Of a DNA stretch of 64,000 bases, positions 23,886 to 37,648 are shown piece after piece. Numbering within the stretch: position 1 is the first letter of the stretch; the number at the start of each line of letters is the position of its first letter. The translations under genes and the position numbers were made by a program. The notes under the pieces are model-generated. The model was not told the origin of the DNA, made no database searches, and saw nothing but the letters and a program-made list of their open reading frames with translations. The stretch is from contig OX597817.1 of NCBI GenBank assembly GCA_951406725.2, positions 114,266,001 through 114,330,000 of the forward strand. Direction: 5' to 3'. This DNA comes from Octopus vulgaris. Its lineage: Eukaryota.

Positions 23886-24989
23886 AGAGAAGGTAAAATT
23901 TCCTTCTTGAGTTATACTAACTCATAAGGGCTGATTTCCCAGTTATGGTTGCACTGGAGGTCTATTTTCATGGAATCACATAAATACAGAATTAGATAAA
24001 TAGATAAATAAATATACATATCATCATAGTTGTTGTCATTGTCATCTTTGTAGTCATCATCACCACTTTCCTCCTCTTCTTCCTTGTCATCATCATCGTC
24101 ATTCTTTTTTTATGTTTGATTTCCCATATCCATTGGTCGGACAGGTCCTTATGTTCTTACATATACAGATATTTAAATATGCATGCACATAAATAGACAT
24201 GCATTCGCATGCATACACATGTGTAAAGCATGTGCACATGCATGTGCACATGCACACACACACACACACACAGAGAAATACACATCCACACATATTTATA
24301 TGTAAATTGTTAATTTGCACTTCAATATTCCAACACAGAAATGATAAATTTCAAAGATAAGAATGAGATTAAAACTAACACCATGTTTCTTTATCTTATC
24401 TCTATCATTACGGTTATTTAGTCTTTTCTTTTTTGTGATTTATCCTAGCAATCTCTCATCTCTACCATCCATCACCTTGATGGAAAAATAAAGAAATAGA
24501 AATCATCATCAGCGCTATAGTCATTGTTTTTGCCACTGCTGCCATTGCCGTTTTCATTGTTGTCATTGCTTATTTATTTCTTGCTAGTTTTCCTTCTAAG
24601 ATTTCTTTGCTATAACCATTCCTTTTTTATCATCACTCAAGTGGAAGACCTTAATAGTTATTGCCTCCCTTTGCAAAATATTCTTTCACCTTGCAAAGTT
24701 TTCTTCTACTTTACAAAGTGGGTGAAGAAACACTCATTGGATTTGCTGAATTCTTCAAGTTAATATTGAATAATCCTACTACAGCATTCTTAAAACTCCT
24801 CACCTGTTAACTTGCTTATTCTTGATTGTGTACAAGGTGAAAATTAGATAAAAAGTTTATTTAACCTAAATATTCTATGTACAAGTGTTTGTCTGTCTGT
24901 GTGTATGTCGTTCAGTATTTGCCATTTGTGGTGTGTGTGTGTATATATGTGTGTATATATCACATCTAAACTAACTATGACTTAACCAT

Positions 24990-25105
24990 CCTCTCACACT
25001 GTCCCCGATGAAGGGATATAATTAATAAATATCCTAGAAACAGCTGTAAGACCTTCTATCTATAAATGCTCTAATATCTACAGAGTCTTGGTTTTTTTAT
25101 CTTAT
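24990..25105 (+). mobile_element. Penelope-like pLTR fragment with variant hammerhead motif
   Basis: guc c CCGAUGA AGGGAUAU..AUAUCCUa GAAA CAGCUG UA agac; homologous to 21890-22015. Confidence 0.55.
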
Positions 25106-25120
25106 TATGCAAAAAATTCT

Positions 25121-25174
<54 letters not shown>

Positions 25175-25804
25175 ATATATATATATGTATATATATATAT
25201 GTATATATATATGATATATATATATATATATGTATGTATAAATAAATATGCTCATATATATATATGTGTTTGTGTATGTGTATTATTGGATTGTCACGCA
25301 TCTATACACACACACTTATAGTTTCTCACACATGCCATGCTGTCTCTAACAAACATAGTCCATTCATTTTGCTTAATATCTGTTTTTTATGCTAGAATGA
25401 GTTAGATGAGAGGTAATCAGTGCAGGACTTTTGCAACTGGATGCTCTTACTGTCCTCAATCCTTACCTGTTTCTCAAGTGACGGTTTTATTATTTTTTTT
25501 ATTGTTGTACAGAAATTTGAAAACACAGGGCTACTGGACTATTTGCTTAAAAGGAAATGCCAGCAAATGTTATTGATCCTTACTCAGCCACAAACAGTGA
25601 TGTTGCTATTTGTAGCTGAGCTGCTAACTGTGATGTCATTGATTGCTTCTGTAACTTAGTATATATCAATATATACACACAGAGACACACACACTGGCAC
25701 TCCATTGGTTATGATGATGAGGGTAGCTGTTGATCCGATCAACAGAATGGCCTGCTTATGAAATTAACATGCAAATGGTTGAACACTCCACAGGTACACA
25801 TACC

Positions 25805-26025
25805 TATTTCTTTAATGCCCACAAGGGGCTATGCACAGAGGGGACAAAGAAGGACAGACAAACGGATTAAGTTGATTATATCGACACCAGTGCGTAACTG
25901 GTATTTATTTAATCGACCCCAAAAAGATGAAAGGCAAAGTTGACCTCAGCAGAATTTGAACTCAGAACGAATACTGCTAAGTATCTCGCCCAGCGTGCTA
26001 ACATTTCTGTCAGCTTGCCGCGCCA
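25805..26025 (-). mobile_element. SINE family B nested in another SINE (about 25695-26250)
   Basis: Target-site duplication ccacagg(t/c)acacatacc at 25788 and 26026. The host SINE carries gtgtcttgctcaaggacacaac. Confidence 0.8.
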
Positions 26026-26697
26026 CCACAGGCACACATACCCTTAACGTAGTTCTCAGAGAGATTCAGCATGACACAGAATGTGATAAGACTGGCCCTT
26101 TGAAATATAGGTACTTCTCATTTTCGTCAGCTGAGTGGACTGGAGCAACCTGAAATAAAGTGTCTTGCTCAAGGACACAACCTGCTGCTGGGAATTGAAC
26201 TGATGACCTTATGATTGTGAGCTGGTTATCCTAACCACTAAACCACATACTTTTGCATGCACATACACACACATGCATACATATGCACACACATGCATAC
26301 ATATGCACACACATGCACAAAACACATATTAAATGGGCTTCCTTAGTTTTTGTTTACTATCTCTCTTTCTCCTTCTCCTCTTGTTCTCCTACTCAGGTAA
26401 CCGGGTATCTCCTCTACTGCAAGGCACCTACTACTGATCTTCTCTTCAGACTCTAGTCTCTCATCACCTGGCAGAAATACTTCTTCCCCTCTCAGTTGAA
26501 ATTAAGTCCCAAATACCTCGCTTACTTAATAGAAAATAAAAGTTTTACAAAAATAAAAAGAAAATTTTAACATTTAACACTCTAGTAAAGTGATTACCTT
26601 TAGCATATTTTAAAGTATAAGTTTAAGGATAGACCCACAGGCATATGGCATAGATTCCGAGTTTGATTCCAGTCTGTGATCTGAATAATAATTATAC

Positions 26698-26939
26698 TAC
26701 AGTTCTATATTTAAAAGATGAGGAATTATGTACATTATTTACATTATTTGCATTTGATGGATGTTTGTCCTCATCTTGTTTGTTGTTAACACAACATTTT
26801 GGCTGATATACCCTCCAGCCTTCATCAGGTGTCTTAGGAATAATATAATTACATCGAAAAATACCTTAGGAATGAGTTAAAATATCCATCAAATGTGAAT
26901 AATGTACATAATTCCTCATCTCTTAAATATAGAGCTGTA
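26698..26939 (-). mobile_element. Penelope-like inverted pLTR remnant with decayed hammerhead (26789-26832)
   Basis: Inverted arms of about 60 bp. Minus strand ACAC CUGAUGA a GGCUG..CAGCC aAAA ug UU GUGU (GAAACG decayed to AAAAUG). Confidence 0.65.
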
Positions 26940-27049
26940 AGGATATGTAGTTAAATTTTTATATACTATTCTTGTCATCTTTGAATTTTATCTTCATGGC
27001 TGCTGTCTTGGAAATTTTCAAATTCTTCTTCAATGCAGGTCTAATTTTT

Positions 27050-28230
27050 TCATAAACTGTTTCATCTTCTCTGCCAACTAAAAGCATTATTCACATCACA
27101 CTTCTCGAAAGATTTGACTGCAATCTCTTCTTCCACTGCATCTCTTGATTTCTTAAACTATCAATACACTTTTGTGATACTAGAACTCTATATGCATCCA
27201 GTAACTGAATATTCATGCTGAGTTGAATCGTTCATATATTTATTTGATCTTTCATGCATAAAGACTTTGAGAGGTTTGTTTACAGAAATATCTAAAGGCT
27301 GTAATTGTGAGATTGTCCTAGAAGTATGAGATCATCATCATAACGTTCATTCACTTTTCCATGATTGTTATGGGTCAGACAGAGTTCATTGATGCAGATT
27401 TACTATGTCCAAGTGTTCTTACTGTCACCTACCCACACCTTTCCCCAAGCAAGGTAACTTTCCCCCATGGCTGGACATGTTTTTACAGAAAATTGAAAAT
27501 GAATGATGCCACTTGCATGATAGTGATGCTCATTTACAGCTATCATGCAATGTGAAAACATGTAAACATGCACACATACATACATGCATGCACACTCTCA
27601 CCACATGCACTCACACACATATACATTCAAACACACACGCACACTAATACACATGCACACACATTCACACACAAACTCACGCACACGTAAACACACGCAT
27701 ACACACACACACTCACACAATATGGACATACACACATACAACAAGTTCCATCCAGTTTCTATTTACCATATCCTCTCACAAGGCTTTGGTCAGCTAAGAG
27801 CTATAGTAGAAGATGCTTGCCTAAGAGGTCTCACAGAGGGATTGAACCGGAAACGATATGGTTGAGAAAGGAACTTCTTAAACACATAGCCATGCCTGCA
27901 GTTTTATAATTCTGTAAATTCTGTGAGCTGAGATCTGAATACACAAAGTACTTTCCAGTAGAGGTGGCTGGTTATAGCTGATATTTTTTCAGAAATCTCT
28001 CCTACTACAAGTTATTTATTTGTAGATCTTTGTTAATTCTTCTTGCTGTAATAATTGTATTTCTTGATACACCAATGCTATATTTTTCTATGACTAAGTT
28101 TTCATATTTTAAGCTGTTCTTCAAATTTAGGTCACTTAACAGTACTACTTCCACTTTGTGCATGGTAAATCTTTCACGTTATATATTCTTGCTTTTGCCA
28201 TACTCATATTATATGTTCTGTTGGTGGCTC
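27050..28230 (-). pseudogene. Fragmented pogo/Tigger transposase interrupted by SINEs and microsatellites
   Basis: SQLQPLDISVNKPLK at about 27270-27310, VKSFEKCDVNNA..EDE at about 27060-27120, and CENP-B-like PKFEEQL..GVSRNTII..R at about 28040-28140. Confidence 0.7.
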
Positions 28231-28330
28231 CCAAAATACCTAGCTAAATCAGAATATATATACATATATATATCTGTCAATATCTTTATGTAAATGTGCA
28301 TGTATAGATGTATACATGCAGGTATATTTT

Positions 28331-28361
<31 letters not shown>

Positions 28362-29044
28362 GTATGTATTATGTATCACTCAATCTGTTTATCTCCCTAT
28401 ATATAGTTATATGTAAGTGTATATAAATATGTGTGTGTGTGTGTGTATATATGAATGTGTGTGAGTGTGTGTAATCTATATTGAATAAAAATGAAAAACA
28501 AAGCAAAATCCAGTAAACATCTCTACTCAGGTGTAATTTTCTAATTTTCTAAATTATCGAATCGTATATTAAGAAAAAAAAAAAAACATCCACCACAAAA
28601 AACAAAAAAACAAAACAAAAACCAAGAAAAAAGGACCCCAAAAACTAAGCGAAAGACAACACAAAACTACAACGATTATGACAAAAATATGAACTGAAAG
28701 TTAAAAAAGAAAGTGAAATCAATATTTTTTAACTATTGATGATAACCGTAATTATCTTTTTTTTCTTTCTCTCTTTTTGTTTCCTTTCTAATCACCATTT
28801 CTTTCCTGTGTTCTCTGATTGTTATCAATGACTAGTTCAATTTTTCCTTTTGTTTGTTGTGAACAAATTTGTTCTTTCAAGATTAAAATGATGAAAAGAA
28901 ATCTTCACATAGGATATTATATGATTTGTTTCATTAGCACACCCAGTTTTCAGATTTATAACAGCAACAACAAAGAAAATGTGATCAATATGGTGGGGTT
29001 TGAGATCACGTAATGTTCATGCCTTTCTCAAGTACATTATTAAG

Positions 29045-29615
29045 AACACAAAAAGGGATATTATATTGCCAGAATCATTTATCTACCATTTTTATCTACA
29101 TAGCGGCAAATTGGTAGAGTCAATAGAGCGTCAGATAAAATACCTTGTATTTATTGTAGAATTTAACATTCTAAGTTCAGATTTCTTTGAGACCATCTTT
29201 TCTTTTCATACTTTGATGTGGTGAGAGGTCAGTGGAATAAAGTGCTTGTTGTGTACAAGGGTTCACTTTAATTGATTATTTTCTCTCTTCAAATTTATGA
29301 TCTTGTGGCCATCCATCTTTTGTCTTTTCTTTGTTTAGGGACACAAAAGGGATATTGCATTGCTAGAATCATTTATCTACCATTTTTATCTATAAAGTGG
29401 CAAATTGGTAGAGTCCATAGAATGTTGGATAAAATACTTTGTCATATTTGTTGTGGCGTTTTACATTCCAAGTTCAGATTTCTCAAAGACCATCTTTGCT
29501 TTCATCCTTTGATGTGGTGAGAGATCAGAGGAATAAAGTGCTTGTCAAGGATGAAGGTTCAGTTTAATTTATTGTTCCTTGTCTTCAGATTTGTGATCTT
29601 GTGGCCACCTATCTT
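29045..29615 (+). repeat. Diverged tandem duplication (about 296 bp) of an old SINE-containing segment
   Basis: 'acacaaaagggatatt..agaatcatttatctaccatttttatcta' at about 29046 and 29341. Confidence 0.8.
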
Positions 29616-29864
29616 TCATATTTTATTTATTTCTATCATTGGACTGCAGCTATGTTGGAGCACTGCCTTGAGGGGTTTAGTCAAACAAAATGCCCACCTG
29701 TAGTGTTTATTTTTTAAGTCTGGCCCATTTTTCTCCCAGTCTCTTTTACTGAACTGGCTAAGTTACATGGATGTAAACAAACCAACAATGGTTGTCAAGA
29801 TGTGGTGTTGGTAGTGGTGGTGGGACATACAAAAACACAATGACATACAATACACACAGACACT

Positions 29865-30025
29865 CTGGAAAGTGGTTGGTGTTAGGAAGGGCATCCAGCC
29901 ATAGAAACCATGCCAAATAAGATAGGAGTCTGGTGCAGCACCACCAGCTTGCCAGCTCTGGTCAAACTGTCCAACCCATGCCAGCATGGACAATGGATGT
30001 TAAATGATGCTGCTGCTGCTGATGA
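29865..30025 (+). mobile_element. SINE family A 3' part
   Basis: ggttggtgttaggaagggcatccagcc..ccaacccatgccagcatgg. Confidence 0.8.
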
Positions 30026-30144
30026 TGACAATGTGCATGCTTGCATGCATATATGTATGCGTGTGCGTGAGAGAGTGATCATCAATCATCATCATCATCA
30101 TCATCATCATCACTATATTTTATCATCCACTTGCCATGCTTGAA

Positions 30145-31036
30145 ATTTACAGAAAAACAAAAGATGAAAACAGGTGTATAAACAACAAGCAAGTGTATTA
30201 GTTTGATGCTCGGGAAGGTGAGAAAGTCTTTTATGTTTCAAGCCTACACTCTTCAACAGAAAGGAACACAAGGAAATAAACAGAGAGAGAATAAAAAACT
30301 TGTGGATTTAGCGGTGAATCATGGCAACTGGTTGGACAAAGGTAGTTAGACAGGAGAGCTAGGAAGAAGGGGAGATAATACAGTACTAGGGATCCTAAAA
30401 TGAAGGTGTGCATGTGTGTTTGTATGTGAGAGTGTGTAAGTCTGTGTGTGTGGATAGGGGCTGGTGATCTTGACGTGTGGATGTGTGTGTGGGTGTGTGG
30501 ATGATGGTGTGGAGTAATGGGAGGTTGGGGAGGATGAGGGGGAAGCATATCAGGGAGGAAGGGGTTGGGGTAGTGACATCGAGTGTGACAGAATGAAGGA
30601 GTGAGTGGAGTTTATGTTGTTTAGTGTGAGTGAGAAACTCATGGAAAAGCTGATTTAAGTGGATTATGTAGTGTAGAGTAGAAGGTCAAAGAGAGGAGAA
30701 AAGATGGAATAAGCGAGAGGGAGAAGGTAGTTGAGGGTGTGTATTTTGGAGAGATTGGAATGAATGGTGGCACACATAAGGCTGTAGGAAGTAGTACGGA
30801 GTATGGATAGCAGAAGCAGAGTGGAAAGTGGAGTGAAAATGGAGGCAGAAACCTTTGGGGATGAGGTGGTGGTGAAGGCAGCAACTGAGAAATGAGACAT
30901 GGCTAGAGAACTGTGTTTTTTTGAAAATTAGTAGGGAAACATTAATAGAAGGTTGAAAGCAGCAGAAAGGAGATGTGGAAAGGTGTTTCTTCAGGTGGTG
31001 GTGAAGGTGGAGAAGGAAAGATTTGTAATCAGGCAT
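30145..31036 (-). mobile_element. Internally deleted Penelope-like element: ORF N-terminus plus pLTR with decayed hammerhead (about 30228-30263)
   Basis: ORF 30686-31036 has SHVSFLSCCLHHHLIPKGF (H..FL..C....LIPKG, a PLE N-terminal motif). Minus strand CUUU CUGUUGA agag..cuu GAAA ca UA AAAG. Confidence 0.65.
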
Positions 31037-31649
31037 AATTGAAAAAGGAGGTATGTATGTATTTGCGCACGTGTGTGTGTGTAATATATATGTATATATA
31101 TATATATCTTCAGAAGTCTAACACGTATAGTAATAAGCAAATGGACTTGTTTATTCACATAACACAATGCACTCCTTATTTTTTACCTATATATATATAT
31201 ATATATACAATACCTGGCAAGGAAATGTTTTTCAGAGGTTGTACTTGGTTGTCAAGTGACTTGATCTAAGAACACGTGTTGGCAGAGAAATAATTACATC
31301 ATGAAAAATCCAATTAAGCAATCTAAAAACACAAAAAAGTGCTCTATCATTTTCCATTTATTTCAGATACAGGATCTTTAGCTTCATTTACAACCTATAA
31401 GTATACTACTTAGAAATGGCGGAAAAATGACAAAAAAAAGTAGAGGGCTCATGTAAATGCTTTATGGTGTTCAGATTCACTGCACTCACTGTTTTTTCTA
31501 AGTTGTCTGTATATGTGTACAATTTGTAACCAATGTACAAGAGAAATTAATATGTGTATGAAAAAGTTAGGCACCAAAAATAGTATTGTAATTAGTAACT
31601 AATAATTATACATGGCTATATGTATGAGAGTTGCTATAGGCATAATCAA

Positions 31650-31806
31650 TGCAGACATGGCTGTATGGTAAGAATTTTGCTTTCCAACTACATGATTCTG
31701 GGTTCAGTCCCACTATGTAGCACCTTTGACAAGTGTCTTCTACTATAGCCCTAGGCAAACTGAAGTTTTGTGTGTGGATTTAGTTGATAGAATCTGAAAG
31801 AAGCCT
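31650..31806 (+). mobile_element. SINE family C 5' part
   Basis: ggctgtatggtaaga..gggttcagtccc..acctttgacaagtgtctt. Confidence 0.75.
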
Positions 31807-31830
31807 GTCATATATATATTTCGTTTTTGG

Positions 31831-31871
<41 letters not shown>

Positions 31872-32275
31872 TATATATATATACATATACATTTCGTTTT
31901 GGGATATATATATATATATGATTTTTGCATGTGTTGCTGTTGTTGTTTCTTTGACATTTTGTGATAGTTGTAAATGAGTGTCACTGCCATGCAAGAGATA
32001 TTTGGTCCTGGGAACTACTACCTTACTAGGAAACAAGTGAGAGTTAGTGACAGGAAGTGTGCATCTGGCCATAGAAAATCAGCAAGCATGGAAAAGTGGA
32101 CATTAAAATGGTGATTATATATATATTCAGTGTACACATACTTTTGTCACAGGAAAAAAAAAACAAACTTGGCACAAGATTTTAGTGAACAGTGTCAAGT
32201 AATAAAAAAAAAAAAAAACAGAGGGAATATTTTTGAGCACAAATCCTGTTGGGGTGGAGTTGACTTTGCCTTTAA

Positions 32276-33698
32276 CCCTTTAGCATTCAGATTATTCTGT
32301 CAAATGTAATGCTTTTTCATTCACATTGTGTTTAGATAATCATGCTTAATCTCAAAGCATTGAAATTTTGATGATGTGATTGTATCATGTTAAGTAAAAA
32401 GTAAGCAACGTTTTGAACCATGTAGAATTTGTACTAGATTTTTACAGAGTTTTGAATTTTTTAAAACCATTTTTTTGCATTTGTCATAGACTTGGCCAAA
32501 TGCATCAATAAACATTGATATTTTTTTCACTGTTGTTACAATCATCTGAAATGGAACTGTCAGAGCCTGATATTCAAGCAATTTTGCTATTCAACTTCAA
32601 AAAAGGACATAAAGCAGCTGAAACTGCTTGTGATATCAGCCAATGTGTAGTCAGCTTGAAAATGAGTTAAATGATTTCACAGTGGAGACCTGAGCCTTGA
32701 AGATCATGAGTATAGTGAATGCCCATCTGTCATCAATGACAGTCAATTAAAGACCATCATTGAGAAAGAACCATGTAAAACCATGTAAAACTTGAGAACT
32801 GGTAAAAGAACTGCCTGGAAACTGCCTGCAACCATTTGTATGAAATCAAAATATCAAAAAAAATTGACAAATGGGTACCACACAATTTGAATGACAATAA
32901 GAAAATGTGTAAATAGGAAATTTGCTTGTTGCTTCTTATCCGTAGCCAGACCAATCCATTAGTTGACCATATTGTAACTTACAATGAAAAGTGGATTCTG
33001 ACCAATAATAAAAAAATGTTCTTTGCAGTGGTTGGACCAAAATGAAGCACTGAAAAGCTTCCCTAACCTCGAGCTCTTCAAAAAGAAGGTTATGGTGACT
33101 GGTGGTGTACTGCTGGACTTGTCTACTATAACTTCTTAAAACCCAGAAAAACCATTACTGCAGGAATATATTGCAATAAAATTGCCAAAATGAATGAAAA
33201 ACTGCTACTCCTCCGTCCCAGACTAGTCAACAGAAGAGGGCCAATCATTCTTCATGTCATGCTCAACCACACGTTTCACTAATGACACTCCTGAAGGTGA
33301 GGGAACTTGGCTATGAAGTTCTTTTCCTCCCAGCTTATTCCCCAGACCTTTCCCCTACTGACTACCACTTTTTCAAGCACCTTGATGGTTTCCTGCGAGA
33401 GAAGGAGTTCAAATATCAAACTGATGCTGAAAGTGTGTTCAAAGAGTTCATCAGCTCCAGAACTCCAGATTTTTATATTACAAGAATAAACAAACTTGTA
33501 ACTCATTGGCAAAAATGTGTTGATTGTGAATAAAATTACTGCATTGTTGAAATATATCATGATGAATTTGATGTTTCAAAATGTTGCTTACTTTTCACTC
33601 AGCCTGATATATGTTTAGTGTAGCATTGAATGGTAGGTGTGATAAGCTGCAACTGACCCACATTTGGGCTAAATGTGGCTGGTTTAAATGCTAAAGGG
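32276..33698. mobile_element. piggyBac-type MITE (TTAA|CCCTTTAGCATT...AATGCTAAAGGG|TTAA) hosting a mariner
   Basis: 12-bp perfect TIR and TTAA on both sides. Confidence 0.8.
32385..33607 (+). mobile_element. Near full-length decayed mariner transposon
   Basis: TIRs tca.g.t.agt.aaaagtaagcaac with TA flanks. Motifs FKKGHKAAETA, KWVPHNL, IVT.NEKW, YSPDLSPTDYHFF and WQKCVD, with several frameshifts and stops. Confidence 0.9.
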
Positions 33699-34094
33699 TT
33701 AATCTCAATGGAGTGGAGGATCATTTGTGATGCAGTATTTGTAGGTTCAGAAGAGGCTGGCATATTGTTTTTGGGTTTACTAAGGATGAAATATTCGTTT
33801 CAAGTGAAAAGCTGAAGCAGAATGAAGAATGGTATCAGCTGCATAATTGTTTGTATTGATAAGAATTAAGAGTGAAGATGGTGTGGGCGATTTAACCTTT
33901 TTATCTGTTGAAAGACACTGTCATTATTTCTATTAATTCAGAACTAATGAAGTGTTTATCAAAATGCCTTTGTTGTTATTTAGCTGGTGTTTAGAATACA
34001 GATCAACAGAGAATTTTGATGGAAGCTTTTAATTTTTATCACTTTCAAATGGGCAATTTGAATCATTAAATTAAGAATGGTTTCAGATGGTTTA

Positions 34095-34148
34095 TCCACC
34101 GCCTCCTCCTCCTCCTCCTCCTCCTCCTCCTCCTCCTCCGCCTCGTCG

Positions 34149-34181
<33 letters not shown>

Positions 34182-34191
34182 CCATCATCAT

Positions 34192-34274
<83 letters not shown>

Positions 34275-34310
34275 TCATCATCATCACCCCCCCCTCATTA
34301 TCATCATCAT
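34095..34310. repeat. (CCT)n and (CAT)n microsatellite, contiguous with the tail of a minus-strand SINE A (34298-34500)
   Basis: Directly visible. Confidence 0.9.
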
Positions 34311-34931
34311 TTAACATCTTCTCTCCATGCTGGTATGAATTGGTTGGTTTGATTGGAGCTGGCTAATCAGAAGACTGCACCAAGCTCTGCTCTCTGTTTT
34401 GGCATGGTTTCTGTGACTGGATGCCCTTCCTAAAGCCAACCACTCTGAAAAATGTATTGAGTGCTTTTTACATGGCACCAGCAGCAGTAAGGTCACTAAA
34501 TAACTTGCAGGACAAGACCCCTCAACTGGAGAAAGTACTATTGAGGGACAGAGAAGGTTTCTTGCATTAGAAGAGAGACATGGCTTCCTCAGATGGAGAA
34601 GACAGCAAGAGGAGAGATGGTGAAGATGTAACAGGGAGAGGAAAGGGGCCATATACCCAAGTTACAGGGTAGAGTATATAATGAAGTGGTCTGGGGATTG
34701 GGGAAGGTGAGTAGGTGGGTGAGTTTCCAAGATTTCAAAAGGAGAGTGAGAACTAGAGTTGGGTGGGGAATGTAATGAGTGGGCACTAGTAGAGGGAAGG
34801 GATATTGAGGACTGTATGTTGTGAGGAAGGGATATAAAAGGGACATATTGTGTGCTGGGGGAAAAAGGGAAATAGCAGCAGTGTGTGTGGGTAGGTTGTG
34901 GTGGAGGAGGGGACACGGACATGGATTTTAA

Positions 34932-35384
34932 CCCTTTAGCATTTAACCCTTTCGTTACTGTATTTATTTTGAGATGCCCTGTGTTTCTTTCAATTACTTT
35001 AAATATAACAAAGAATTTAGTAAAATAACTTGGTTATCATTAAGCTAGTGTTAGGAACATAAATTGTGACTAAGGTTTGGTGGGAGATTTTAATTCAAAA
35101 ACTTATGCAAACAAGACATTTGTACTCAGAGCCAGTGCCGGTTTCAGCCGGGTTGGTAACGAAAGGGTTAAAATGGCTATGTCCAGTCAGAATATTCTGC
35201 CTATTTTATGTTCAAAACTAGCCAGATCTGGCTACTCACACCAACTCTATAATATTATTCTGAAAAATTAACAATTACCTCACCAAAATCTCATAGCTAC
35301 AAGAAAATGCTTGATTAAGTCCAAAACAATGCGACTAAATAAGCATTACTTTAGACTAGACAGAATAATCTAAATACTAAAAGG
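34932..35384. mobile_element. piggyBac-type MITE with a second TTAA MITE (34947-35167) nested next to its terminus
   Basis: Outer TTAA|CCCTTTAGCAT; inner TTAA|CCCTTTCGTTAC...GTAACGAAAGGG|TTAA. Confidence 0.8.
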
Positions 35385-36052
35385 ATTAGCTAAGCTGGGT
35401 AGGTCTTCTCAAGCACAGAAAATTGTCAGTTGTCTTGCAAAAGTGTTTCTGAACAATTGTTTATCACTGCATTAACAGAATGAACAAGCACCATTGATAC
35501 ATTAATCGTCAGCACCAGTGATAAGATATGAACCATTATCAATTCTTCTTCATATAGTAATCCAATACCTTACCATCTTAGCCACAACACTATGTTTTTA
35601 TTGCATTCTTTTCTGTTATCCTCTTTGCTGTCGAAGAAAGATTGAAGAGTGAGTGATATTTTAAAGAGATATTGAGCAATTGAAATTTCCAGTGTATAAG
35701 AATAAAGACAGGAGACAGCGAACAAGACATAGTCTTTGTCAAATTCAATAGCTGAAATGCCTCAAAGGGGAAGAAAATAAACAAAAAGAAAAATATAATA
35801 TATATTTAAACTAAACAAAAATTAAAAACCAAAACCACAGAATATTGATCTTAGATGTTTGGAGACAGTTTCTCTTCCTTCATTTGCATTATTTTATTGT
35901 ATTTATATGTATATTTAAAAAAATTTTTATACATTGCTTGCTTGTTTAGTTTGTTATTTCCATTAGGTTAAATTCTGAGTCCCTTAATTTAAATGCTTAA
36001 ACTTCTGTTTCATATCTGGAATTATTCCATCTGTTTATCTATTTATTTTTAC

Positions 36053-36108
<56 letters not shown>

Positions 36109-36304
36109 CATTATCTACATACATACATACATATGAATATGTGCGTGCGTATATATATATGCGTATTGTCCTGTTTATTGAGAAAATAATATTGCCTACA
36201 AAGGAAACAGAAAAAAGTAAACGGATGAAAGATAATGAAAAAAAAAATAGAAACAAACAAAGAAATCAAATATACAAAAAACGGAGGACACACTTATGTA
36301 TATA

Positions 36305-36371
<67 letters not shown>

Positions 36372-37648
36372 TACATATAATGTGTGTGTGTGCGTGTATA
36401 TATATATACTACATATAATGTGTATATATATATGTATATATATATATATATATATGTTTGATGAAATGATAAAATCTGGAGAAGATGAATAGGTTTCTAA
36501 TGCTAAAGAATTGCTTGGTTTTTCATTCAAATTGATAAACCATATATTTCATTTATTATCTTCCCCTTCATTAAACAACTTGAATTTTTTTTTTTTTAAT
36601 TTTTTTTGCCAGACATGTTTGTGTCTGGCTTTTCATCGCAGCACACACTCTTCCCATCCATCCTCTCCTAATCACTGCTTTACTTTACTCATTCATACAA
36701 AAAAAAAAAAAACGAAAAAGAAAAAAAGTAAATAAAAAAAAATCCACTTGTTGTTCATTAATAGTTTATAATTACTAGGCAGCATGTAATTTGTCGACAG
36801 GAAAAAAAAAAATTTTAAATACCCCCTCAAAACAAAACATGAAAAAGAAAAGCCAAATTTAAGAAAAGTAAATGAAACGAAATAACAAAAATTAAGTAAA
36901 TAAATAAATAAATGAAAATCAGAATCTGAAATTTTTTACTGACCCACATCTCCCTCCAACACTCCCCCACCCCAATTCCTGCTGGTGTTTCCTTTCCGCT
37001 ACAATTCAAACTGCCAAGATTTGTTGCATTTGAATAGTACATTGCTGCAGATGTATTTATTGTGTAAAATGTCAATTTCCTACATAAATAAATAAATAAA
37101 TATAGCAACAAAAAACAAACAAACAAACAAATAAAAAATAAACAACAAACCCCCCTTCCTAATAACACACACTATTAAGCACACCTCAGTTACCTCTACT
37201 ACTACTACTATGACTACTACTACTACTACTAGAAAAGAGAGAAAAGAAAAATTATGAAAAGGGAGAGGAGATAATGATTGTAAACCAAGAACCAGGAGGA
37301 GAATCCAATGTAGCAATGACAAACAGTGACTGGTGTTAAGTGACTGTCGAATAAACCTATATGCCTATAAGCTCAAGAAGAAGACCAACTAAGAAGAAAA
37401 GAAGCCTCAAGCCCTATTACAAACTTGTCAGTAACTAAGTTTGAAACAGTTGCATTGGAAAAATCTCAGAGAACATCTCCTCTGAACCACTTCCTTTTGG
37501 CATCCATCTTTCATTCTTAACATTGTCATTCCCCACTCATATTTACTGTTGTGCAACCCTTGACCCATGTCTAGCATTTACTGCATTCCACCCCCCCCCC
37601 ACCAACTACTATTTTTAATCATCTCTTGTGCCCACGCCCTGTCATACC

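Noticed and set aside
31367-31400. Micro-exon after a good acceptor (tttcag)
   Set aside because: Weak donor and no supporting homology
34066-34352. Poly-His, poly-Ser and poly-Met ORFs
   Set aside because: (CAT)n/(CCT)n expansion at a SINE tail
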